This document shows positions 19,360-29,741 of a stretch of DNA of 64,000 nucleotides, piece after piece. The position numbers were made by a program, and so were the translations under genes. The first letter of the stretch is position 1, and each line of letters opens with the position of its first letter. The stretch covers positions 248,001-312,000 of the forward strand of contig JAPMXV010000067.1 in assembly GCA_026936335.1 (NCBI GenBank), read 5' to 3'. Source of the stretch: Mantamonas sphyraenae STR306 (Eukaryota; Protista; CRuMs). The notes beneath the pieces were generated by a model that saw nothing but the letters and a program-made list of their open reading frames with translations, ran no database searches and was not told the origin of the DNA.

Positions 19360-21493
19360 ATGTTCACCCGTCGTCTCCTCCCACCCGTTCGACTGCGTTC
19401 TGTCTCACGTGCCCTCCACACAGCACGCACAGCTTCGCTCCCTGCCTCCACGGCCCGCAAAACCCGTTCCTCTCCGCGCTCCTTGCCCACCCTTGCCGTC
19501 GCCCTCGCAACCGCCAGTGGCCTGTATGCAGCCTCCCATCACATCCAAACACACTCTTTGTCCGACCAGAACGAGCCACGTGGCGCCGTCGTCTTTGCCG
19601 CCTCGCGTGACAAGACCTCCCCACCACCACCAGCGGACGACCGCAAACACGCGCAGATGCACAAACACTTCACAAAGTATGCATCGCAGGTGGACCCACA
19701 CACGGGCGAACCCGTCATGACGCCCCTGGACTTTTTCAACTCCCTCGTGGTCGGTCAGCACAAGGAGACGCAAGTGCCGCAACACATCCAGCTCTTCTTC
19801 TCCCTCGTCGACGAGGACGAAAACGGCGTCCTCAGCTTCCACGAATATGTTTCCCTGACCCAAATGCTGCAGAAACCAAACTCGGAAATTCGAGGTGGCC
19901 ATGCGCCTGGCAGACAAGGACGGCAACGGCCTCATTGACCTCACCGAGTTTTGTGCCATCATGGGCATCGACCCCTCCGAAGCCTCGGCCGCCACGCCCA
20001 ACTCCTCCCTCCTGCGTCGCTTCTTTGGTCCCGATGGCTCCCGTCTCCTTGACTTTCGCCAGTTCAGCAACCTCCTGGCCTCCATCGAGCAGCGCGTCCT
20101 CGAATCCGAATTTGCCCAGCGTGACGCAAACCGAGATGGACTGCTCACGGGCCATGAGTTTGCCCAACTGCTCACTTCCAACACTCCGCTCGCTGCACGT
20201 GTCCACGGCGCCATGGTGCGATCCAAGAGGCGGCAGCAACACGGCGACGGCGACACCACCAACAACGACAGCGATGATGCGGAGGACGTGGTCACTCTCG
20301 ACCAGTACGTCGATCTCCACAAAGTCATGTCCATGGTCGACGATCTGGAGGCTGTGATGCGCACCCATCCACAGGGGTTGGACAGGGTGGCGTTTCGACA
20401 GATGGTCCAGGACACCATGCATCTCACCCTCAGTGCCTTTGAGGTAAACATCATCTTCAACCTGCTCGACACAGACGGCAACGGCGTCCTCCAGGGCTCT
20501 GAAATCACTGCTTTCTTCAAGGCCCGTCGCGATGCACGTGTCACCGGAGGCACCACCGTCATGGGTGCAGGGAGCACCTTTGCCTTTGGGTTTGCTGGTG
20601 GCATGGTTGCCGCCGTCGCTGTCCAGCCTGCAGATATGCTCAAGACACGCGTCATGAACATGCGCTCGCAGGCAGGTGTGAACAAATCTGCCGCCACCGT
20701 TGTCCGCGACATTGTCCGCAACGAAGGCTTCCTCCGACTCTACCGTGGCATGAGCATGACAGTGCTCCTTGTGCCCTTTGAGATGTCCGTGCGCATTGGC
20801 GTCAGCAACGCCATCAACAGCAGCTTCGAGCATACGCCTTGGCTTCCTGTCGCCGCTGCCGTCGGCGCCGCCGTCGCCAAAGCCTCCCTCACAAACAGCA
20901 TGGAAGTGCTCAAGATCCAACGCCAGCAGGCCGCGCATGCAGGACGCTCAATGGCTGAATTGCGAGCCGCCATCGGCCCGTCTGGCTTCACGCGTGCTCT
21001 TCACGTCCACATCCTCCGTGACTCCATGTTTGCCAGCACCTTTGTCACTCTGTACGGTCTGGCCAAGAAGGGCTTGCGCGACGCCGATGGCGATCTCAGC
21101 GTCTCGGCCCTTCTTGCATCTGGCTGTCTTGCAGGCGCCATTGCTGGTGCCGTGTCGGCCCCCATGGACATGGTCAAGACGCGGCTGCAGGCTGCAAGCC
21201 CGCACGACTCGGACCGCTACCGTGGCCTCGTGGACTGCGTACGGCGCGTGTACGCTTCCGAAGGACTGGCTGCGTTTGGCAAGGGTGCCGGCGTGCGTGC
21301 AGCGTTTTCAGCGCCCCTCTTTGCCATCTCCCTCACCACGTTTGAACTCCTCAAGACCTGGGTGTACGGTGACGACGTAACCACAGCCATCAGCGAACTC
21401 AACGAAGACCTGGAGGTCATGGACAAGATCAACGCACGCAAACTCGCGCGCGTCGCCGACAAGCTGGATCGGCTTGGTGTCAAGATGGAATGA
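19360..21493 (+). CDS. Ca2+-binding mitochondrial carrier (aralar/AGC-like) with a MICU-like EF-hand N-terminus; apparent 1-nt frameshift at 19886-19888
   Basis: Arg-rich presequence, YAS...MTPLDF, several EF hands, and carrier motifs PADMLKTR, NSMEVLKIQ and PMDMVKTR. Removing one A joins ORFs 19315-19938 and 19895-21493 as KPNSEFEVAMRLAD. Confidence 0.85.
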
Positions 21494-21554
21494 CCCGTTT
21501 CGTGTCTGTGTGCACTGCCACTGCATTGCTGTTCCCCCTTCCCTCGTTCTCATG

Positions 21555-24500
21555 TCACCTGTCCAGAAAGCCTCCCAACCAGCTCGTTGTGGACGACCCG
21601 CTACTGCTTCCCGTGCCGCCACCGCCACGTTCCATCGCGTCGTTTCCGGCCAGACTGGACACCATCTTTTCCACAAACGACACTGTCTTGGTGTAGTTGG
21701 AGTGAGTGGTCCGTGTGTTGCCTGCGCCTGATAGGCTGCTGCTTGTGCCTGCGCTGCCGCCGTGGCGTTCATCATACAGCTGCGAAGCCTCCAGCTCGGC
21801 AGCCACCGCTTCGTCCAGTCCCTGCAAGCCCATCAGCGACGTTTCCTTGTCCGCCGCCACGTCTGTGTAGCCTGTGGGCAGCGTGGCAAATCGGTTGCAC
21901 TGCTCCACCAGCGGCAGCCAGTTGGCAGTGCGTGCAGACGATCCTGCGCTGTGGCTGCTCTGCCCGATGGCTTCGCTGAACGCGCTGCCATGCAAGCTGG
22001 TCAGGGCGCCGTACAGCACTGCAGTGCCCGCCAGGTAACGCGGAACACTGTCACGCAACACCGAGTCGTAGAACTGAAAGTCGATCGGATCGATGGTGCT
22101 CTGCACACTCGTGACCAGTGCATCCCATCGTGTGCGCCACATGCGGTCCTCTTCGCTCACCTCTGCCAACGTACTGCCCCTGCTCGGGTCCACAAAAGCA
22201 CCCCGGTTGCCCTGCGAGGTTGTCAGCTCGTAGTTCCGCGCCCAAAAGATCTGTCGCAGCGCTTGCAAGTCAAACAGCACCTGAACACACAGGTCCTCGT
22301 CCCATGCGTCCTCCTCTGTCGCCGCAGCTGCAGCCACTGCCTCTTCGTACACGGCCAACACTTGGTCGCTGATGTGCACGAGAAACCTACGCACAACCTC
22401 CTGCTCCAGTGCAAGCACGCCCGCACGGTGCATCTCTTGGTTGGCCTCAAACAGCATGGCTGCCACGTATGTCGACGTACTCGCAGGCATGCGTTCCTCT
22501 CCGTCTGACGACGCCTGGGACACCAGCGGCCACCCGTCCTTGCGACTGCTCCCTGCGTTGCTGTGCCTCACATCCTGTGCCAACATCTCACGCAACTGGT
22601 CGCCCAGCATCAGTGCCACACACTGGGCCCAGCTCTCGTGAGCCTGCAGAAACACGGCGTGAAAGTGGCTCCGCAGCTTGTCCATCTTGCCGTTGCTCTC
22701 GCTGGCCTTCTTCTTCCTCCTGCGTCGTCGCATGCCTCCGCTCTGGCTCGCCTGTGCACGTGCGCCTGCACTGATGCGCGCGTCCACCAGCAGTTCACCC
22801 ACGCCGTCCGAATCCAGCAGCGCAGGCAGCACCTTTGCCTGTTCGCTCAGCGCACGCAACATGCGCGCCACAAACAGCGTCTGGTCCAGCGTAATGTCCA
22901 GCTTCTCCTTGTTCACAGCCTCACGATCCTCCCTCCACTTTCCCAGCACCTTGCTGTCCAACTGTGCCAGGTGCTGTGCCAGCGACTGTGCAAAGCTGTC
23001 CTGCAATACACGCACCGTCGTGTCCTGTAGACAGTCATGCAGCCGCTGCACCGTCCCTGCCCACTCGTCCTGCAGTCGCGCCACAGCTGCTTTTGCTTCT
23101 CGCTCCTCAGCTCGTCGTTTGCGTCGTTGCTCTGCCGCTTCCTCGTTGCCCTCAATTCCATCCGCAAATTCGTCCTCCTCGGCTTCCTCTTCCTCATCTC
23201 CCACCTTGCCCTTCAACAGCTCCACGAATGGCGACTGCAGCAGGAAGCGAAGGTCATCAATGAATGTGTCCAGCTGCGTGTCCAGCTCCTTGCAAATGTC
23301 CTGGCAGGTGTCGGTCAGGGCCATCGCCCTCACGTCGGCGTGCTTTGCTCCTTTGCCCTGCGCCCCCGACGCTGCAGCTGCTGCCTCGGCCGCTGCAGCT
23401 GCACGCGGGTTCGCCCACATGTACTCGCACATGTTTGCCTCGTGGCTGCCCTTGTGCGACTGTTTGATGTGTTGCAGGTGCGCCTGCACTGCTGGCGAGA
23501 TGTTCAGCGTGTGCAGCGTGCGCACAATCAGCTGCTGGCTCTTTTGCTCCAGGAGCGACGTGCCAAAGATGGGCCACACGTCCTGCAGCGTCAGGCCGTC
23601 TTCCACCGGCTGCTGCAGATTGCTCAAGATGCTCAACTCTACCCCATACAGCGCCTCCGCCGTCTCGATGGGCTGGAACAACCTGTCAAAGTGCAGTTGC
23701 AGCTGCGACGTGCACCGTTCCACAAACTCGTCCACGTGTGCGTCCAGCTGTGCGCTCGACAGCGGCTCCAGGCTCGCTGTGGACACCTGTGCCTCTGCAA
23801 TCAGCGGGCGGATGTACGCCTCAAAGTTATTGGTTTCGTTGAGGGTGGTCACAATGAAGCTGCGGTTGCAGATTTCCTTGATGTCTGCAAACGGTGCCTG
23901 CAGTGTCTTCTGCAGCGCCTGTGCAGGCCCAAACAGCAGTCGCAGCTGGTGCACCGATTGCCGCAGCAGATCCAACAGACGACAAACAAGCGGTGCCACC
24001 TCCTCCGCCCTCTCCACCTGAGTTTCCATCAGCTTGCGAAACGCACGAAGTCGTGCGTTGACAAAGAGCGACCGCACCTTTGACGCTGCCGCTGGCTTCA
24101 GATGCACATAGGCTGCCAACGTGCGCACGGCTGCCGTGTCGTCAATGCACTCGTGTTGCAGGAATGCCTGGCTTTGGCTGCGAATCTGCGTGGGGAACTG
24201 GCTGACACTGTGCCACTGGCGCTGCATCAACTGCTGGAGTTTCGGGTCGTCAGCGACCTCTTCCACGCCCCGTGCGTGGATTAGCGCACTCATCAGATAT
24301 ACATGCGCAGCATCGAGGTACTGTTGTGTCTCCATGATCGACCACAGCCGTTCCGACGAGTCCATGATGAACTTGACCCGTGTGGCCAGCCCAAACTGTG
24401 CGTTGCTGCTGCCGCTCGCCTCTCCCAGCCGCTGCCGCTTTAGCCGCTCCAGCTTTGCCGTGTTGTACCCCTCCTGCACCTCCTTCATCCTTTCCACCGT

Positions 24501-24891
24501 CTGTACAAACTGTGCGGTGCTCTCCCGGATGCTGTGAATTGCGTCCGCAGAGTCAATCAGGTCGCGATAGCGCGTCCTGTGCATCACACGCCCGCCAATG
24601 CCACACACGGGACACACACGCCACACCCATGTGTCATGCACCATCGTCACGTGTCAGTGCACAGTTTTCAGATTGTTGTTGGTCCCCCTTTCTCTTCTCC
24701 CTCGTCCTTTCAGCACGACGAGCCCTTCCTTCTGCGTCCCCTCCCACCACTCACCCAACCAGCTGCCGCAGCTCCTCCTGCTTCCGCTTCACCGCCTCGG
24801 TCGCCAGCTGCTCTACACGCATGGCCTCGGGCACAGTATGCCGTTGCAGCACGTCGTTGGCGTCCCTGTAACTCGACAGGTCCGTGCTCAT
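21555..24891 (-). CDS. COG1: Conserved oligomeric Golgi complex subunit 1; exons 24891-24755, 24576-21555
   Basis: The spliced N-terminus KQEELRQLVG|TRYRDLIDSADAI is a Vps51/COG1 signature. C-terminal QVLFDL and IDPIDF are also present. Confidence 0.85.
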
Positions 24892-24975
24892 GGCAGGTAT
24901 GTGTGGGTGGAAACGTTGCTTGTCGCCGCGCGCCCCCGCACCCACCCCATTGAAACACACCACCCAAATCCACCA

Positions 24976-25644
24976 ATGAGCGAATCCACCGAGCAGACTC
25001 TGATCCTGGTCAAGCCCGACGGCGTCGAGCGCGGCCTGATTGGCAAGATCGTCACCCGCTTTGAGGAGCGTGGCATCAAGATCGCTGCCATGAAGCTGCT
25101 CAAGCCCTCTGAGGACCTGGCCAAGGAGCACTACATCGAGCACGCCGAGCGCCCCTTCTACGGCGAGGTCGTTGAGTTCCTCAGCGGTGGCGCTGTGGTC
25201 GCCATGGTCCTCGAGGCCGACGGCATCATCGAGACCGCCCGCAAGATGATCGGCGAGACCAACGTGAGTGTCATCCACCACACGCCTTTCCCCTCATACA
25301 CACCATGCGCTGTGCATTCTGTCTCTGTTCCTGCATGTGGCCAGTCGCCCCCGCGCCTCTGGATGCCTGTGGAGTGCGGGGACGGACCAAATGCAGAAAA
25401 ATCCGGTGGCGGCTCTCACGGCTCCGTCGTCCACGCGATCCCTGGGGTTGCACACACGGGACGCAAACACTCACACCCAGCCACCGACCACCGTTTACAC
25501 CAACAGCCGTCCAACTCTGCCCCGGGCACCATCCGTGGCGACTTTGCCCTGTCCGTGGCTGCCAACGTCATCCACGGCTCCGCAGAGAAGTCCGACGCCG
25601 ACCGCGAGATCCCCCTGTGGTTCAAGGACGACGAGCTGTTCTAA
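24976..25644 (+). CDS. NDK: Nucleoside diphosphate kinase; exons 24976-25263, 25507-25644
   Basis: EQTLILVKPDGVERGL, GETN|PSNSAPGTIRGDF and NVIHGS. Intron is GTGAGT...AACAG. Confidence 0.95.
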   Translation: MSESTEQTLILVKPDGVERGLIGKIVTRFEERGIKIAAMKLLKPSEDLAKEHYIEHAERPFYGEVVEFLSGGAVVAMVLEADGIIETARKMIGETNVSVIHHTPFPSYTPCAVHSVSVPACGQSPPRLWMPVECGDGPNAEKSGGGSHGSVVHAIPGVAHTGRKHSHPATDHRLHQQPSNSAPGTIRGDFALSVAANVIHGSAEKSDADREIPLWFKDDELF

Positions 25645-25841
25645 GCCTGCCATGTCCACCACAGCCCCTACGCCTGCACACGCGCGCTTTCTCAATGCGT
25701 CGTGTTTGCGGCGCGAGAACGTTTGCCAAGAACCCTGCGAACAAAAACAAGCGTTCTGAAACCCAAAATCCATTGTCCAGGTTGCCTCTTGTCATGCACA
25801 CTGAAAGTGTAACATCCCCAGTTTGCGCACAATGTGTGCTG

Positions 25842-26556
25842 TTACTCGTCCTCCTCACGCGCAGGCGGCAACCCCACAGGTTGGACCATCTTCTGCTCGA
25901 CGTCACACACCGTTGCCGTAGTGATAGGAACACGCGTTGGTCAGTCTTGCGCTCACACTCTCCCTCTCTTCACGTCCCCTCTTTTCGTCGCTGCGGCTTC
26001 CCCCCCCCACGCTTTCACCCACCTCCAGCAGGCCGTGCTTCACGCGTCCGATGCTCTCGTTCTGTGCAATCGCAAAGTAACCGGCCATGTACTCGTGGCC
26101 AAGGTACGAAGCGTACGAGTCGCGATGTTGGTTCGACGCCCACTCACTGTGTGCATTCCACCACCGCAACCATGTTGTGTCAACGTCGTCCGCACAACTC
26201 GTGTCAGCGGCGAAAAGAAAGACGATGGAGGATCGACTGCGCGCGGGTTCCGTCCTACGGTTTCTCCCGGCGGCCCCGTCTTCCTTGACCGTGAACGTCC
26301 CTCCCAACAACACGTCAACATCCTACACGCACTTTGCTCCCTCCACTGCCTCTCACAACCTACAACTTTGTCAGGTCCGCGTGTCCTGTGCCCACAAACT
26401 TGTTCTGAAGATGCTCCAGCGACGCCGCTCCCTTCTTGCTCTGCACATCCACATCCCACAGTCCCACAGTCCCACACGCAAAGTGTCAGCACATCTCTTG
26501 CCCGTCCCCGTGCGCATGCTCATGCAACCCAGCCACACCAAACACCGTCGTACCAT
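25842..26556 (-). CDS. SF3B5: Splicing factor 3B subunit 5; exons 26556-26554 (ATG only, tentative), 26440-26364, 26146-26023, 25892-25842
   Basis: Spliced product is SLEHLQNKFVGTGHADLTKFEWASNQHRDSYASYLGH...YFAIAQNESIGRV...LEKMVQPVGLPP. All intron phases are consistent. Confidence 0.9.
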
Positions 26557-26582
26557 CGCTTTCCACAAACACACGCGTTGGC

Positions 26583-27632
26583 ATGGACGGCGCATCGTTG
26601 CTGAGGAACCGAGATGCTGGCGAGGAGGCACACAGCCCCACCGCCACAGAGATGTCTGTGATGGACACCAACAACGGCACTACCAAGCTGCCGGACACTT
26701 TCAGCGACGACGCTGAGCTTCATCACCACCGCGACGACTCGCCCATGCTTGCTGCAGGCGACTCGGGCGACTCCTCCCTCTCCGACCCAGAGCTGTACAC
26801 AGCCACTGTGTTTTCCATGCAATCGCTCACCCTCCTCGTCAAGACCCCGCTCGTCCTTGTCGCCATCGCCCTCACCCTCGCTGTCACCCTCAACCTCACC
26901 AACCCCAGTCACCACATTATTCTCAACGGACGCTTTGTGTTCCCCACCCTTTCCATCGTCGGCTCCTTCCCTCCCGAGCAGTACATCTTTACGGTTGGGC
27001 TCACCCTCACCGTCTTTCTTCTCCTCCTCGCCCTCGTCGCCCTCTACGTCGTCCAGCGCTACCGCCTGGCCTCCATCATCTCCACTCTGCGTCGTATTGA
27101 ACGCACCACTCCTCTCCACCTCGACACCAATTGCTGCTCCTGCTGCGGCTGCATCGCACTCGACACGGCCAATCGCCTTCAAGCCTTCTTTGGCCTCCTC
27201 TCCCTCTTCTTCCTGGCCGTTCTCGCCTGTGTTCCTCTGTTTGAAAGCGTTGGCGGTTCGCCCGACGTCCACCAGCTCGCCGCCTCCCTCTTCTTCCTCT
27301 TTGCCTTTGTGCAGCTGTTCTTCGACCTCACCATTGCCCTTCGCGTACACGCCCTCAAGCGTTTCATAGTCCTCGACGAACGCCTGCCCTGGGGTCCCTC
27401 CCTCCGTGCCAAGCTTGCCATTGCCACACTGCTTCTGTTTTTCACCATCGTCGTGCCCATCATCGAGGGCCTCCTCGTTTTCGCAAGCGACAACCGCACC
27501 GAGGCGACAAACACCCTCATATCCGTGGGTGCCCTCAACCAGTACACCATTGTGTTTTGTCTCTTTGCATACCAGCTCACACACCTCCGAGCGATGCAAT
27601 CTGTGCGTGTGGACATGATTCTGGGCGAGTAA
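26583..27632 (+). CDS. Frag1/DRAM/Sfk1 (TMEM150-like) multi-pass membrane protein
   Basis: FPTLSIVGSFPPEQYIF, VHQLAASLFF and about 6 TM segments. The start codon is uncertain (26583 or 26652). Confidence 0.75.
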   Translation: MDGASLLRNRDAGEEAHSPTATEMSVMDTNNGTTKLPDTFSDDAELHHHRDDSPMLAAGDSGDSSLSDPELYTATVFSMQSLTLLVKTPLVLVAIALTLAVTLNLTNPSHHIILNGRFVFPTLSIVGSFPPEQYIFTVGLTLTVFLLLLALVALYVVQRYRLASIISTLRRIERTTPLHLDTNCCSCCGCIALDTANRLQAFFGLLSLFFLAVLACVPLFESVGGSPDVHQLAASLFFLFAFVQLFFDLTIALRVHALKRFIVLDERLPWGPSLRAKLAIATLLLFFTIVVPIIEGLLVFASDNRTEATNTLISVGALNQYTIVFCLFAYQLTHLRAMQSVRVDMILGE

Positions 27633-27645
27633 AACCCCGTTCTGT

Positions 27646-29563
27646 TCATTCCTCCTGCTCCTCTTCCTCTCCCTCCTCCTGCTCCTCATCCTCACCCTGC
27701 TCTCGCTCCAGCAGCAGCACAAGCTCAAAGTGCGGCGTGTGCGGAAACAGGTCCACCACCATCGCCTTGACTGGTGCAAACGGCCTTCCAGAAAACCTCT
27801 TGGAACCAGGTGCAAGCAGCGGCCACAGGGATTGCTCCAGCGTCTTGGGGTTGCATGCGACGTACACAATGCGGTCCAGGCGCTTGCAGCCTCGCATGAG
27901 ACGACCCGTGTCTGTGTGCAGTCCTGCACGTGCAGGATCCACAGTTGCAATCACCGTGTCGCTGTCGCCTACATACTCCTCCAGCACGCCAGCCATTGTC
28001 TCTTCTGCCGGTCCGGCCACAAACACTGCGTTTTCCACTCCGTTTGCCTGTGCGTTTTTGCGAGCGTCCTCTACGGCGCTCTCCACAATCTCCAAACCCA
28101 CCACCTTGCGCACGTGCTTGGCCATGCACAGGCCAATCGTCCCTGTGCCACAACACACGTCCAGCAGCACCGTGTCTTTGTCCACACCCGCCCACTCGAT
28201 CACTCGCGAGTACAGCAGCTCCGCCCCCTTTGTGTTTACCTGGAAGAACGCCTCGGGCGAGATGCTAAACGTCAACCCCAGCAACGTCTCGTGGATCACC
28301 TCCTTGCCGTCCAGCAGCTCCAGTGTCGCATTGTCTCCTGCTGCGTTGCTCACTCCCCTGTGCAATTGCAGGTACACCGACGACGCATGGCCCTTGAGCG
28401 CATCCACAAGCGCCTCTTTGACGCCGGCAAGATACTCCTCCGCCACGCCACGTGGGTTCACCGTCACCATGGCCATGCTCTCGCCGCTCTCGCAGGTGCG
28501 CACCATCATTGTGCGCCAGAACCCGCTGTGGTCGTTTTTGTCCCACGGTTGCAGCGTGTCTGCGTACGACCTGGCCACCTTGACCACCACAGCCACCAGT
28601 TCCTTGGCCTTGTCGCTCACGTGCAAACACCCGTCGGGTGCATCGACCACCGTGAAGCCACTCGTAAAGAGACCCCTCTGAAATCCCAGCGTCACCTCCT
28701 TGTCCTCACTCAGTCCAAACGTAAACTCGCACTTGTTGCGGTATCCCGTCGTGCTGGGCGACGCGTGCACCTCGTCAATCTCGCACAGGATTTTCGATTT
28801 GCTCACTCTGTCCATCCACTGCGCCCGCTTCTGGTTCCCTCTCGACTTGTGCAGCAGCTGACGTGCCGCTCGTTTCAGATGCTTCACTGCCTCCCGCCTC
28901 ACCTTGACCACCTGTCGCTCGTACTCAATGTTGTGCCACGGCGTCACCTTGTCCTCAATGCTCACCGCCTCCGCCTCTGCGTCTCTGTTTCCCTCCCCGC
29001 GTGCTCGCTTGCTATCCTGGCCTGCTCCGTCCGTCGTCGACGACGCATCGCTTCCCTTCCGCTTGCGATCCACAGGTTCCTTGCGCTCCACTCGCCACGT
29101 GTCCTTGCCCTGCTTGTATCCTTGCAACAGTTTCATCCCTGCCTGCAGCGCCTCTTCCGTGTCAAAGACCACAAACCCGAAGCGTCGCTTCAGGCCCTTG
29201 CGTGCTTTGCCCTGCACGCCCAGCCTGTCCAGGATCCTCTGGAACCGCTTGTTGTCCAGCTGCGAGCGCATGTTGTGCACAACCACCCTGGGTTTCTCTT
29301 CCACCGTAAACCCCTCTGCATTGTTGCCCACCAATGCCTCCAGCTCTTCTTGAGTCTCCGGTGCATGGCTGTTGCCAGCCGTGCCTTGCCCGCTGCTACT
29401 GCTGGACGAAGACGAGGAAGAGGACGACGCAGCACTGGCGCTGCTATTGCTTCCTGTCTCAGTTCACGCCCACCTCCACGCTTGTTCCCGTCTCCTCTTC
29501 CTCCATCGCGTCCTGCGTCGACCCGGCTGCGTCACGTTCAGTCATCCTGTTTGCCGTGGCCAT
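27646..29563 (-). CDS. TRMT2A: tRNA (uracil-54-C5)-methyltransferase TRMT2A-like; apparent frameshift near 29463
   Basis: RRM-like N-terminal part, GYRNKCEFTFG, AFFQVN, LLDVCCGTGTIG, VDPARAGL, YVACNP and VDLFPHTPHFE. The 5' end is inferred across a 1-nt shift. Confidence 0.88.
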
Positions 29564-29741
29564 CCCGGCGCGTGTGTGTGTGTGTGAGCAGCCCCAACGC
29601 ATGAATTCCGCCTGTACTCATAGGTACATCCACGCATGCACTTGAACAGGCATGTTGCATGGCAGTGGCAATGCAGGGGAGGCATTGAGGAGCAACGGCT
29701 CCAGCCGGCGCAACCCATTCAATCCCGACTTCCCATCACTC

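Noticed and set aside
14896-25644. Odd insertions in the PRL (15229-15474) and NDK (25264-25506) ORF translations as novel domains or inteins
   Set aside because: They are stop-free introns of 3n length with GT-AG ends; removing them restores the canonical proteins.
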